Source: a bacterium (GTDB taxonomy: Bacteria > UBA8248). From it: a stretch of 64,000 bases of DNA. Where the stretch lies: contig CBDCRP010000003.1 of NCBI GenBank assembly GCA_965221165.1, forward strand, positions 288,001 to 352,000, given 5' to 3'. Of this stretch, positions 19,056-27,468 are shown piece after piece. Under the pieces are notes generated by a model. It did not search any database. It was not told where the DNA came from and worked only from the letters and a program-made list of their open reading frames with translations. Position numbers and translations under genes: made by a program. Position 1 is the stretch's first letter. Every line of letters starts with the position of its first letter.

Positions 19056-20111
19056 CTATCTTAATCTATTTCTTACGGCATCACCGCATTCTATGGTGTT
19101 CAACCCGCCTCCCAGATCCGCTGTGCGCTCCCCTTGCGCGATGGCTTCTTCCACGGCGCGCCGCATGGCTTCCCCGCCCGCCCCGCAGCCTAAATGATCC
19201 AGCAAAAGCGCGCCCGTCAATATGGCGGCCATCGGGTTGGCGATGCCGCGTCCGTAGATGTCGGGCGCCGTGCCGTGCACCGGCTCGAACATCGAGACCC
19301 CCTCGAGATTCACGTTCGCCGAAGGCGCCAGGCCCAGCCCGCCCACGAGACCCGAAGTGATGTCGCTCAGGATATCGCCGAACATGTTGTTGGTGACGAT
19401 GACGTCGAATTCCTTGGGGTGCTGAATGACCTCCATCGCCACCGCGTCGATGTGTTTGGCATCGGATTCGATATCTTCGAAATCCGCTCTCACCTCCTCG
19501 AACACGCGGCGCCATATCCCCCCTGCGTAGCGAAGCCCGCTCGCCTTGTCCGCCATGGTGACTTTCCTGCGCTTATGACGCCTCGCGAACTCGAACGAGG
19601 CCCGGATGACGCGCTCCACCCCCTTGTAGGTGTGTACTTCTTCCTGCAAGGCGACCTCGTCTTTCGTGCCCTGCTTGAAAAATCCGCCCACGTTCACGAA
19701 CAGGCCTTCGGTGTTCTCGCGAACCACGACGTGGTCGACGTCCCCCGCCCCCATGTTCTTGAGCGGCGTCAAATCCTCATGATAGAGCCTGCAGGGCCGG
19801 ATGTTGGCGTACAGATCAAGCCCGAAGCGGACGCCCAGAATCACTTGTTCCTGCACGATCGACCCCGGAACCCTCGGGTCGCCGACCGCGCCCTGGAACA
19901 CGGCGTCGAAGTTCGCCTGAAGCGTCTCGCACCCATCCTCGGGCATGCCCCTGCCGTGTTCCAGATACCGATCGCTTCCCCAGTCGAAGTATTCGAACTC
20001 CACCGGAAACGAGGCCGCCTCGGCCGCCGCCCGGAGCGTCTCCTCCGCCTCGGGCATCACCTCGTTCGCGATTCCGTCTCCGCGCACCACCGCTATGCGA
20101 GCCACTTTCAT
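19056..20111 (-). CDS. Isocitrate/isopropylmalate/tartrate dehydrogenase family (beta-decarboxylating dehydrogenase)
   Basis: GDGIANEV, YANIRP, VVRENTEG, NMFGDILSD and FEPVHGTAPDI motifs. Confidence 0.92.
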   Translation of the reverse strand: MKVARIAVVRGDGIANEVMPEAEETLRAAAEAASFPVEFEYFDWGSDRYLEHGRGMPEDGCETLQANFDAVFQGAVGDPRVPGSIVQEQVILGVRFGLDLYANIRPCRLYHEDLTPLKNMGAGDVDHVVVRENTEGLFVNVGGFFKQGTKDEVALQEEVHTYKGVERVIRASFEFARRHKRRKVTMADKASGLRYAGGIWRRVFEEVRADFEDIESDAKHIDAVAMEVIQHPKEFDVIVTNNMFGDILSDITSGLVGGLGLAPSANVNLEGVSMFEPVHGTAPDIYGRGIANPMAAILTGALLLDHLGCGAGGEAMRRAVEEAIAQGERTADLGGGLNTIECGDAVRNRLR

Positions 20112-20285
20112 CTCTCCCCTCTTCAAAATCGTTTCTTGAGAAAAGAAGCGCATTTTGACAAAAGGCGAGCGCAACCCGCAAGGTGCGGCGCAGCCCGGCG
20201 CGACTTCCCGAAAAACGCATAGACGGGCTAATATGGCCAAAGTTCATCGCAGCATTAAAAATCAAAATTTTTTGAGGAGATTTTC

Positions 20286-21383
20286 ATGGTCGAGTCCGGT
20301 CCACTACCCGAAGGAACGGTGCGTTTTCCCTCGGAAGTCATCGAAGAGTTCGTCTACACCATATTCCGCAGCAAGGACGTGCCCGAGGATGACGCCCGCC
20401 TGGTGGCGAAAGTATTGGTCAGCGCCGATTTGAGAGGCATCCGCAGCCACGGGGCGGCGCGGCTGAGCTTTTTCATGGTTCGCCTCGAAAACGGCGTACT
20501 GAACGGCAGACCCGACATGAAATTCTACCAGGGGAGCGACACCACCGGCCTTCTCGACGCGGACGACGCCATCGGCATCGTCGCCTCGAACCGCGCGATG
20601 GATGAGGCCCTCGCCATGGCGGAAAAACACGGTTCCGGCTTCGTGACCGTCCGCAACAGCAGCCACTTCGGCTATGCGGGCTATTGGGCGAAAAAAGCGA
20701 TGGAGGCGGGCTTCATCGGCATCAGCATGACGAATGGCGGACGCCGCACCGCGCCCACTTTCGGGGCGGAGGCGATCTTCGGCACCAACCCGATGAGCGT
20801 GGCGATACCCGGAGGGCCGGGAGGAACCGATTTTCATCTCGACATGGCCACCGCCGTGACGGCCGTCGGCAAAATCGAGACGGCGCTGCGTGAGGGACGC
20901 GAAGTCCCCAAAAGCTGGGTGCTCTCCTCGATGGGAACGCCGACGCTCAACGAGAAGAGCATCCTGAACTACGAGGTGCCTCTTGCGCCCCTGGGCGGCG
21001 AGGGAGACGAGAACGGCGGCCATAAGGGCTACGGCCTCCAGTTGATGGTGGATATTCTGTGCGGTGTGCTCTCGGGCGCAGGTCTGGAAAGCCGTCTGGC
21101 GGGCGCGGCGGGCACGGCGAAATCCGCCACGGGCCACTTCATGGGCGCGATCAAGACGTCCGGCTTCAGGGACCTGGCCGCCATATTCGGGGATATGACG
21201 AAACTCTTCGAGACCATCCGGGGGGCGAAGAAAGCGCCGGGCCACGATCGAATCTACATTCACGGCGAGCCCGAGGCCATTGCCGAGGAGGAGAACAGGC
21301 GCATCGGCATCCCCATTACGCCGGCCGTTTTGGAGCAGATGCAAAGGCTGAACGAAGATCTCGAACTCGGCTTCGAGCTTTGA
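20286..21383 (+). CDS. Ldh_2 family oxidoreductase (malate/L-lactate/sulfolactate dehydrogenase-like)
   Basis: ADLRGIRSHG, NSSHFG, GTNPMS, LDMAT, GHKGYGL and YIHGE motifs. Confidence 0.92.
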   Translation: MVESGPLPEGTVRFPSEVIEEFVYTIFRSKDVPEDDARLVAKVLVSADLRGIRSHGAARLSFFMVRLENGVLNGRPDMKFYQGSDTTGLLDADDAIGIVASNRAMDEALAMAEKHGSGFVTVRNSSHFGYAGYWAKKAMEAGFIGISMTNGGRRTAPTFGAEAIFGTNPMSVAIPGGPGGTDFHLDMATAVTAVGKIETALREGREVPKSWVLSSMGTPTLNEKSILNYEVPLAPLGGEGDENGGHKGYGLQLMVDILCGVLSGAGLESRLAGAAGTAKSATGHFMGAIKTSGFRDLAAIFGDMTKLFETIRGAKKAPGHDRIYIHGEPEAIAEEENRRIGIPITPAVLEQMQRLNEDLELGFEL

Positions 21384-21450
21384 GGCTTTATGCGGTTTCC
21401 CAAAATCACTCCTCCGTATTGGTCGGGGCGAATGCGGGAGAACACACAGG

Positions 21451-21521
21451 TGGCAGACATATATGTCTGACCCTGCAAAACCATTCGCGCCTCCCGTAGG
21501 GGCGGACCTGCGTGTCCGCCC
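21451..21521. repeat. REP-like (GTAG-type) inverted doublet
   Basis: GTAGGGGCGGACCTGCGTGTCCGCCC at 21496-21521 (GTAG followed by an 8-bp palindrome). A degenerate inverted copy lies at 21451-21476. Confidence 0.6.
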
Positions 21522-21852
21522 GTTGTTCGTTTTTGATCGTCATTCCGCAGTGCTTGAATGTTGGTGGCAATCGATAGATTGACCAGGCGGACGAGAAATT
21601 CATCGTCAATCCAAACCGAAGGGGGAGGAATTGTCCCGACCGGAGAGAGAGGGAATGTCCCTACAGGCAAAGGCTGATGCGGTGGGAGGTCAATCCCGAC
21701 TGATGAGGGAGGGATTCATCAGGGGTTGATATAAAAACCGGGCGGACACCGGGGTCTGTGGAACAGCCCAGAGGAGCGGCCGCCACTACACAGTTCTTCC
21801 CTTCCCCATCGGAACTGATCTCTCGCTCGGAGTGCCCGGTCAGGACGTTCGT

Positions 21853-22440
21853 CTAGGGCTTCGCCGCTCCCTTGAGATAGGCGACGACGGCAGGCGCGTC
21901 CCATTTTCTGTTGCCGATTATTTTCTGCAAAAGACGCCCCTTGGGGTCCACGATGAAAGTCTCCGGCACGCCGGTCGTCCGGTAGAGCTTTTTGATGCTC
22001 CCGCGCGGGTCCAGAAGAATCGGGAACGTGAGGCCGAAGCGCTCGACGAATTTTTTGACCGCGTCCGCCCCCAGGGCGTCGATGCTCACCGCCAATATCT
22101 CGAACGGCGCGCCCTCTTTTTTCATCCTGGCGTAGAGGCGTTGTAAGTCCGGCATCTCATCCAGGCACGGGACGCACCACGTGGCCCATACGTTGATGAG
22201 CACCACCCTGTTCTTCTGGCCCGTCAGGGAGGCGCTCCCCCCGCCCAGAAGCGGATATTCGAAAGACGGGGCCTGGCCGCCGATTTCCAGGTCGGGCGCG
22301 GGCGCTTCCTCGACACGTTCGGTAGTCAGGCGCTCGCCCACCGCCCAAAGAAGCGTCAGCAGCACCGGCGCCAGAATGAGAGAAACGGCCAGCCTCTTCG
22401 CCTTTCGCTGATCGGGGCTTGCGCTTTTCGAGGCGTCCAT
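21853..22440 (-). CDS. TlpA/ResA-family thiol-disulfide oxidoreductase, membrane anchored (CcmG-like role)
   Basis: N-terminal TM helix; NVWATWCVPCLDEMP and GVPETF motifs. Confidence 0.9.
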   Translation of the reverse strand: MDASKSASPDQRKAKRLAVSLILAPVLLTLLWAVGERLTTERVEEAPAPDLEIGGQAPSFEYPLLGGGSASLTGQKNRVVLINVWATWCVPCLDEMPDLQRLYARMKKEGAPFEILAVSIDALGADAVKKFVERFGLTFPILLDPRGSIKKLYRTTGVPETFIVDPKGRLLQKIIGNRKWDAPAVVAYLKGAAKP

Positions 22441-22444
22441 GCTC

Positions 22445-23128
22445 TCAGCTTTTCTCATCGAGCAGATGCCCCACCAGTGCGAAGGCCGCCTCGTTGTCCC
22501 ATTCGCGGGGCCCTGCGCCATACCCCGCCACCTGTCCCTTTCTGTCCACGAGGTATGTCGTCGGCAGGCCGCGAACCTTGTAGAGCGCCTTCGCCTTGTG
22601 CTCGGGATCGAGGACGATGGGGAAAGTCAGTTTCAGCTTCGAGACGAATTCGCGCACCTCATCCTCATTGCCCTGGTCGAGCGATATCGCCACTATTTCA
22701 AAGCCTCGCGCCTTGTATTTCTGGTAAAGCCGCTCGATGGAGGGCATCTCCCGAATGCACGGCTGGCACCATGTCGCCCAAAAATTCACCAGGACGATCT
22801 TTCCGGCATACTGCTCGAGGGAATGGTTCTGCCCATCGAGCGCTTTCAGAAAAACACCCGGCGCATCGGCGCGCTTCACCTGCTTCAAAAAACTCATATC
22901 GCGATACAGGACGGCGTCATCTCCCCGGAACGCCGTTCGCTTCGTCTCCTCTTGTTTTTTTTCTATTTTCCGCGCCGGCCCATCGTCCAACCCCGCGAAA
23001 TGAACCATCGCCCAAACCACCAGGACGAGGCTGATCGTCATCCCGATAAGCCGCCACTTAATGCTCCGGCGGGGGGTCGAGAGCCCATCCAGATTTCTCG
23101 CGAGTTCGGTTTTGGGGTTGTATTTCAT
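22445..23128 (-). CDS. TlpA/ResA-family thiol-disulfide oxidoreductase, membrane anchored
   Basis: TM helix; NFWATWCQPCIREMP and GLPTTY motifs. Confidence 0.9.
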   Translation of the reverse strand: MKYNPKTELARNLDGLSTPRRSIKWRLIGMTISLVLVVWAMVHFAGLDDGPARKIEKKQEETKRTAFRGDDAVLYRDMSFLKQVKRADAPGVFLKALDGQNHSLEQYAGKIVLVNFWATWCQPCIREMPSIERLYQKYKARGFEIVAISLDQGNEDEVREFVSKLKLTFPIVLDPEHKAKALYKVRGLPTTYLVDRKGQVAGYGAGPREWDNEAAFALVGHLLDEKS

Positions 23129-23159
23129 CTAAAAACTCCCGGCTTGCGGGAATGGCGGC

Positions 23160-23645
23160 TCAAGGCTCGAAATCACCGAGTTCACGACTCAGGCGATTTT
23201 CCATGGGGTCATCCAGGACTTCGCTCGGGGGAGCTTCTCCCCTCTCCCCGCTTTCCTCCCCCTCTTCCGGGCGTCTCGTCCAGGCCCTCACCAGGACAAT
23301 CACCACGCCGAAGCCCGCCAGCAGGCCCCCGAAAGGAAGAAGCCAGGCGGTGAGGTAAAACCCCTCCGCCGGGGGTTTGGGCAAAACATCCCGGCCGTAT
23401 ACTTCGACGAAATACCGGACGATCTGATCTTTCGTCTCCCCGGCGAATATCTTGCGGCGCACGAGTTCCCTGAGTTGTGCGCCCTCGCTGCTCGGGCAGT
23501 CGTGCAGCAATTTCCCCGGACAGACGGGACTCATGATGGCCCCCGCCACCTCGGAGAAGGTGGTCTTCGCTCCCGGCGTCTCGGCCTGCGCCAAAGGATG
23601 CGCACAGAAGAGGACCACAAGGCACGAGGCGAGCCAAAAACGCAT
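23160..23645 (-). CDS. ccmH: Cytochrome c maturation protein CcmH (variant Cys spacing)
   Basis: Signal peptide, IMSPVCPGKLLHDCPS, IVRYFVEVYG..VL..PP and a TM segment AWLLP. Located in the ccm operon. Confidence 0.85.
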   Translation of the reverse strand: MRFWLASCLVVLFCAHPLAQAETPGAKTTFSEVAGAIMSPVCPGKLLHDCPSSEGAQLRELVRRKIFAGETKDQIVRYFVEVYGRDVLPKPPAEGFYLTAWLLPFGGLLAGFGVVIVLVRAWTRRPEEGEESGERGEAPPSEVLDDPMENRLSRELGDFEP

Positions 23646-23779
23646 CACGAGGAATCTCCCCTGGGGTTCAATTTTTTCTCCTCCTCGAGCAAAGTATCCA
23701 TCCGCGCATGAAGAGTCCACCAATAAAGCGCAAACCCACCCAAAACGACGATGTACGCCGCCGTCACGTAGCCCATCAT
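23645..23779 (-). CDS. ccmD: Heme exporter protein CcmD (44 aa, below the ORF-track cutoff)
   Basis: Read manually: MMGYVTAAYIVVLGGFALYWWTLHARMDTLLEEEKKLNPRGDSS. Y-V-x-A-A-Y TM motif; ATGA overlap with the ccmC stop and TGATG overlap with the ccmH start. Confidence 0.8.
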   Translation of the reverse strand: MMGYVTAAYIVVLGGFALYWWTLHARMDTLLEEEKKLNPRGDSS

Positions 23780-24471
23780 GCCCCCTCCCGCGCGGCGCGG
23801 GCTTCTTCCACCCGCGCGTTCAGACGCTCAATCTGCGCGCGCTTTCGGACGAAGCAAACGAACAGAAGCGTAAAGGCCAGCAGGGAGCTCCACAGCGCGA
23901 CGTGCATGGAGTCGGGCAGTTCTCTCAACCCACCCGAGCGCATCACCACGGGCTTGGGATGCAGCGTGCGCCACCATTCCACCGACATGTGCACGATGGG
24001 TACGTTCAAAAAACCAACGATCCCCATCACGGCGGCGAAGCGCGCCCTTTGTTCAGGTTCCGTCATGTAGGCGCGCAACATGAGATAACCCACGTATATC
24101 ATCCACAGGATGAGCGTGGTGGTGAGCCGCGCGTCCCACGTCCACCACACGCCCCATACCGGACGCGCCCAGATGGGGCCGGTGATCAACACAAGCGTAC
24201 AAAATACGACTCCAGCCTCAGCGCAGGCATGCGCTCGGATGTCGTCGTCCGGATTTCTTTTCACCAGATATTTAACCGAAAAAATGAACACCAGGAAAAA
24301 GGCGAAAAACGCCACCCAGGCCGATGGCACATGGATGTAGAAAATCCGCTGCGGCGGCCCCTGTAGCCTGTCGGTGACGGCGATGAATAAATCCGCAAAA
24401 ATGGCGAAAGCGAGGACACACAGGGTGAGAAGCGGCAGCCACCTGAAGACTCCCCGCTCTTTTCGATACAT
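23776..24471 (-). CDS. ccmC: Heme exporter protein CcmC
   Basis: IFYIHVPSAW, WWD domain TGPIWARPVWGVWWTWDARLT, and VHMSVEWWRTLHP. Confidence 0.95.
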   Translation of the reverse strand: MYRKERGVFRWLPLLTLCVLAFAIFADLFIAVTDRLQGPPQRIFYIHVPSAWVAFFAFFLVFIFSVKYLVKRNPDDDIRAHACAEAGVVFCTLVLITGPIWARPVWGVWWTWDARLTTTLILWMIYVGYLMLRAYMTEPEQRARFAAVMGIVGFLNVPIVHMSVEWWRTLHPKPVVMRSGGLRELPDSMHVALWSSLLAFTLLFVCFVRKRAQIERLNARVEEARAAREGA

Positions 24472-24553
24472 CAATCGTTCCTCCCGGCGGCCCGAAACGG
24501 GGACGACAGCACATAAAGTATTTCTGGAAGTATAGTTATATATACCATTGATA

Positions 24554-25243
24554 TTATTCTTCCAGGATATATTCAAAGACCAACGAGGCGGCCACCAAGA
24601 ATATCACATCATACACCAACATCAACCGAAGCCAATCCTTTGCATCCGCCCACCCGCCACCGCCGAGGTGGGCTTCGGTCGCCTTTACGGCGGCGATCAG
24701 AACGGGCACGAGGGCGGGAAACATCAAAACGGGCAGCAAGACCTCGCGCGTTCGCGTGCGGGCGCTCATCGCGGAGAACAAAGTGCCCGCGGCCGCGATT
24801 CCCAAGGTGGCGGAACCGGCGACGAGCGCAAGCGCGCCGGCCGATTTCCACACGTCCGCGCTGTAGAGAACGGCCAACACTGCGAAACCCGCCAATTCCA
24901 TTATCCCCATCAAAACGAGCGCCGACGCCACTTTGCCCAGATAGAGAGCAGAAGGATCGGAGGGGCTTGCGTACATGGCCGAAAAACCCGCGCTCTCGCG
25001 CTCCACGCCCATGGTCCGCGAGAGTCCGATGACACAGGCGAACAAAAACGATATCCACAAGATTCCCGCCTGCACGGCGCGCGCGCCCTCTCCGCTCCCG
25101 CCGCCCGGACCGAAGGCGAAGCTGAACAGAGTGAGCACCAAAAGCGCAAAAACAACCATGACGAGGAGGCTCTCTTTCGTCCGCCATTCGAGGCGCAAAT
25201 CCTTTTCCACCACCGCGAAGAGGACGGAGAAAAAACGTTTCAT
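24554..25243 (-). CDS. ccmB: Heme exporter protein CcmB
   Basis: KDLRLEWR, GILWI and REVLLPVLMFP motifs; about six TM helices. Confidence 0.93.
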   Translation of the reverse strand: MKRFFSVLFAVVEKDLRLEWRTKESLLVMVVFALLVLTLFSFAFGPGGGSGEGARAVQAGILWISFLFACVIGLSRTMGVERESAGFSAMYASPSDPSALYLGKVASALVLMGIMELAGFAVLAVLYSADVWKSAGALALVAGSATLGIAAAGTLFSAMSARTRTREVLLPVLMFPALVPVLIAAVKATEAHLGGGGWADAKDWLRLMLVYDVIFLVAASLVFEYILEE

Positions 25244-25944
25244 TCCGAGCTCCCGGGGGTTTCATCGAATGCGGCCAGCACCTCTTCTTCGCTCGAATTT
25301 TGGGCATCCGCCTCATAAACAAGTCTGCCCGCGGCCAAAACGGCGATTCTGTCCGCCATATCGAAGACTCTGGATATATCGTGCGTCGTGAACACCAGAA
25401 TGCGCTCGCGCCTGTCGCACATCTCGTGCACGACGCTCTCCAGGCGTCCCGACGCCTCGGGGTCGAGACCGGAAAACGGCTCATCGAGCAGCACGACATC
25501 GGGCGCATGCAAAAGCGCGCGCATAAACGCCGCGCGCTGTCTGAGACCCTGGCTCAAGACGCGCACCGGCTCATCGAGGCGCTCCGAAATGCCGAGTACA
25601 TCCGATAAGAGTTTCACCCGCTCCGGTATTTCCCCGCGATCCATGCCGAAGAGCCCGGCGAAGTATTCGAGGTTTTCCCGTATCGTCAACCCCACGTAGA
25701 GCATGGGTTCGTGCGAGAGCAGGCCGATTCTCCCCTTCGTCTCGCGGGAAAGCGGCTCGCCGGCCACGCGCACCGCCCCCTGGGTGGGCCTCAACAGGCC
25801 GGCGAGAGTTTTGAGAAGCGTGGTCTTGCCCGATCCGTTCTTTCCTAATAGAGCAAGCGTCTCCCCTGGGGAGACGGCGAGGTCCAAATCCCTGAGCGCC
25901 CACCGCCAACCATACCGCCTGGATACGCCAAGAGCCTCCAGCAT
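25240..25944 (-). CDS. ccmA: Heme ABC exporter ATP-binding protein CcmA
   Basis: GKNGSGKTT, LSQGLRQR and LLDEPFSGLD motifs; immediately upstream of ccmB. Confidence 0.9.
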   Translation of the reverse strand: MLEALGVSRRYGWRWALRDLDLAVSPGETLALLGKNGSGKTTLLKTLAGLLRPTQGAVRVAGEPLSRETKGRIGLLSHEPMLYVGLTIRENLEYFAGLFGMDRGEIPERVKLLSDVLGISERLDEPVRVLSQGLRQRAAFMRALLHAPDVVLLDEPFSGLDPEASGRLESVVHEMCDRRERILVFTTHDISRVFDMADRIAVLAAGRLVYEADAQNSSEEEVLAAFDETPGSSE

Positions 25945-25957
25945 GGCATCCGCCCTC

Positions 25958-26860
25958 TTAATCCGAGAGTTCTTTGAGACGTTCAAAACGCGGGGCGCGC
26001 TCGCGGGCGTGCTCGCCTGAGGTAATATCTCCCGCCGCGAACCTGTCGTCGAGCACAGCGATGGCGCGCAATATCTCCTCGCGCTCCGCCTCGGCGGAAT
26101 AGGCCTGATTCCTCCTTTTGCGGAGGTAAAGCCCCAGCCCCAGACTCAAGGCGGCCACGAGACCGCCCACGACGTAGAAAACCCCGAGACCGCCCATCGA
26201 ATCCGGCGCCTGCATGTCGATGCGCACCACCGCGCCCGCCGTGGCGGTCCCCACGAAACGATTGTATTCCCTGTTCTGAAACTGAACGGCAGGCTGCGCG
26301 GAAAGATCAGGCGCCGCGGCCTGCACGCGGTCCTTCTCGGGCAGGACGGCGAAACTCGGCGTGTCGTAGAGAATCGGCTTCTCCACGCGTATGCCGCCGA
26401 ATTCATCTTCGAGACGATAGAGCAGGACGATGAATTTACGCCCCGGCGGGATGGGCTCGCTCGTCCGGAGTTCATCCCCCACCGAAGTGATGAATTTAGG
26501 GTCCAGCCCGGCGGGCGCCGCTCCCCAGCGGGCGCGGGGGTTTCTGATGTTGCTGCTCCTCGGCAGTGCGAACCGCAGCGTGGGAGCGCCGTCTTTCGAG
26601 ACGATGGTGGCGCTCCCCTGGTTTTCGAAATCCATCATCTCCACCACCTCGAAAAAACCCTTATCCAGCCGAATGGTGAGGATGTTGCGCTTTAATGCGA
26701 GTTGGGAGAGATCCGTCGTCGTGGGACCGGGTGCTTCGGCGCTTTCCCTGGGAGGTGCGGCCTCGAGTTTCGCCGGTCCTGCGTATGAGAAGGCGGGCGG
26801 AGAGCAGAGCAGGAACAAGACGAGGGAGAGGAGGATTCGAGCGTGCCCGATGCGCTTCAA
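25958..26860 (-). CDS. Hypothetical exported protein with a C-terminal TM anchor and CcmI-like cytoplasmic helix
   Basis: Signal peptide, beta-rich domain, TM segment (VFYVVGGLVAALSLGLGLYL) and tail LRAIAVLDDRFAAGDITSGEH. TTGA overlap with the upstream gene. Confidence 0.75.
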   Translation of the reverse strand: MKRIGHARILLSLVLFLLCSPPAFSYAGPAKLEAAPPRESAEAPGPTTTDLSQLALKRNILTIRLDKGFFEVVEMMDFENQGSATIVSKDGAPTLRFALPRSSNIRNPRARWGAAPAGLDPKFITSVGDELRTSEPIPPGRKFIVLLYRLEDEFGGIRVEKPILYDTPSFAVLPEKDRVQAAAPDLSAQPAVQFQNREYNRFVGTATAGAVVRIDMQAPDSMGGLGVFYVVGGLVAALSLGLGLYLRKRRNQAYSAEAEREEILRAIAVLDDRFAAGDITSGEHARERAPRFERLKELSD

Positions 26861-27465
26861 TTGAGCCCACGTCCACAGGCGGCGCAAAAATTATCCGCTT
26901 CATCCACCGTATTTCCGCACGAGGCGCAAAACCGGGGTTTTATATTTTTCGCTTGTTCATCCGGTGGCGAATCGGGCAAATCTTCCTGCGGGTTGCCCGC
27001 ATTTTTTCTGTAGCGCAGGATTTCCGCCTCCAGTCGCTTATCCAGCGACGGTGGCTTCTCGACGGCGGCTTCAGGGGAAGACGGGCGCTTCCCTTCGAGC
27101 CGGGCCGCCGCCTCCGCCGCCTCGCGTTCGTTCAACTGGAGGGGCGCCATGCCCTCCTTCACCCCTCTGGCGTCGAGGCGTCTCAGCACCTCCACCGCCT
27201 GGGCGCGGGCGGGCTTCATCATCTGGTTATAATCTTCGTCCGAAAGCTTTCCCATTTCCTTGTCGAACTCGATGTCCAGGATGTTCTTGTAGGCCTGCTC
27301 GCGCTCCATCAACAACCGCGTCAATTCCCGGCTCGAAAGCGGTCGCGCGCTTTCCGCATCGGGCAACACGCCCGAGGCCGCCTGGGGGCGCATGATGGGC
27401 CAGATGGTGTAGAAAAAAGCGGCGCCGATGGCTCCGCAAGCGATGATGAGGCCCAAAATCTCCAT
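26857..27465 (-). CDS. Membrane-anchored zinc-ribbon protein (CcmI N-terminal-like)
   Basis: N-terminal TM helix, ILDIEFDKEMGKLSDEDY, and C-terminal CASC...CAAC zinc ribbon. Confidence 0.8.
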   Translation of the reverse strand: MEILGLIIACGAIGAAFFYTIWPIMRPQAASGVLPDAESARPLSSRELTRLLMEREQAYKNILDIEFDKEMGKLSDEDYNQMMKPARAQAVEVLRRLDARGVKEGMAPLQLNEREAAEAAARLEGKRPSSPEAAVEKPPSLDKRLEAEILRYRKNAGNPQEDLPDSPPDEQAKNIKPRFCASCGNTVDEADNFCAACGRGLN

Positions 27466-27468
27466 GCT

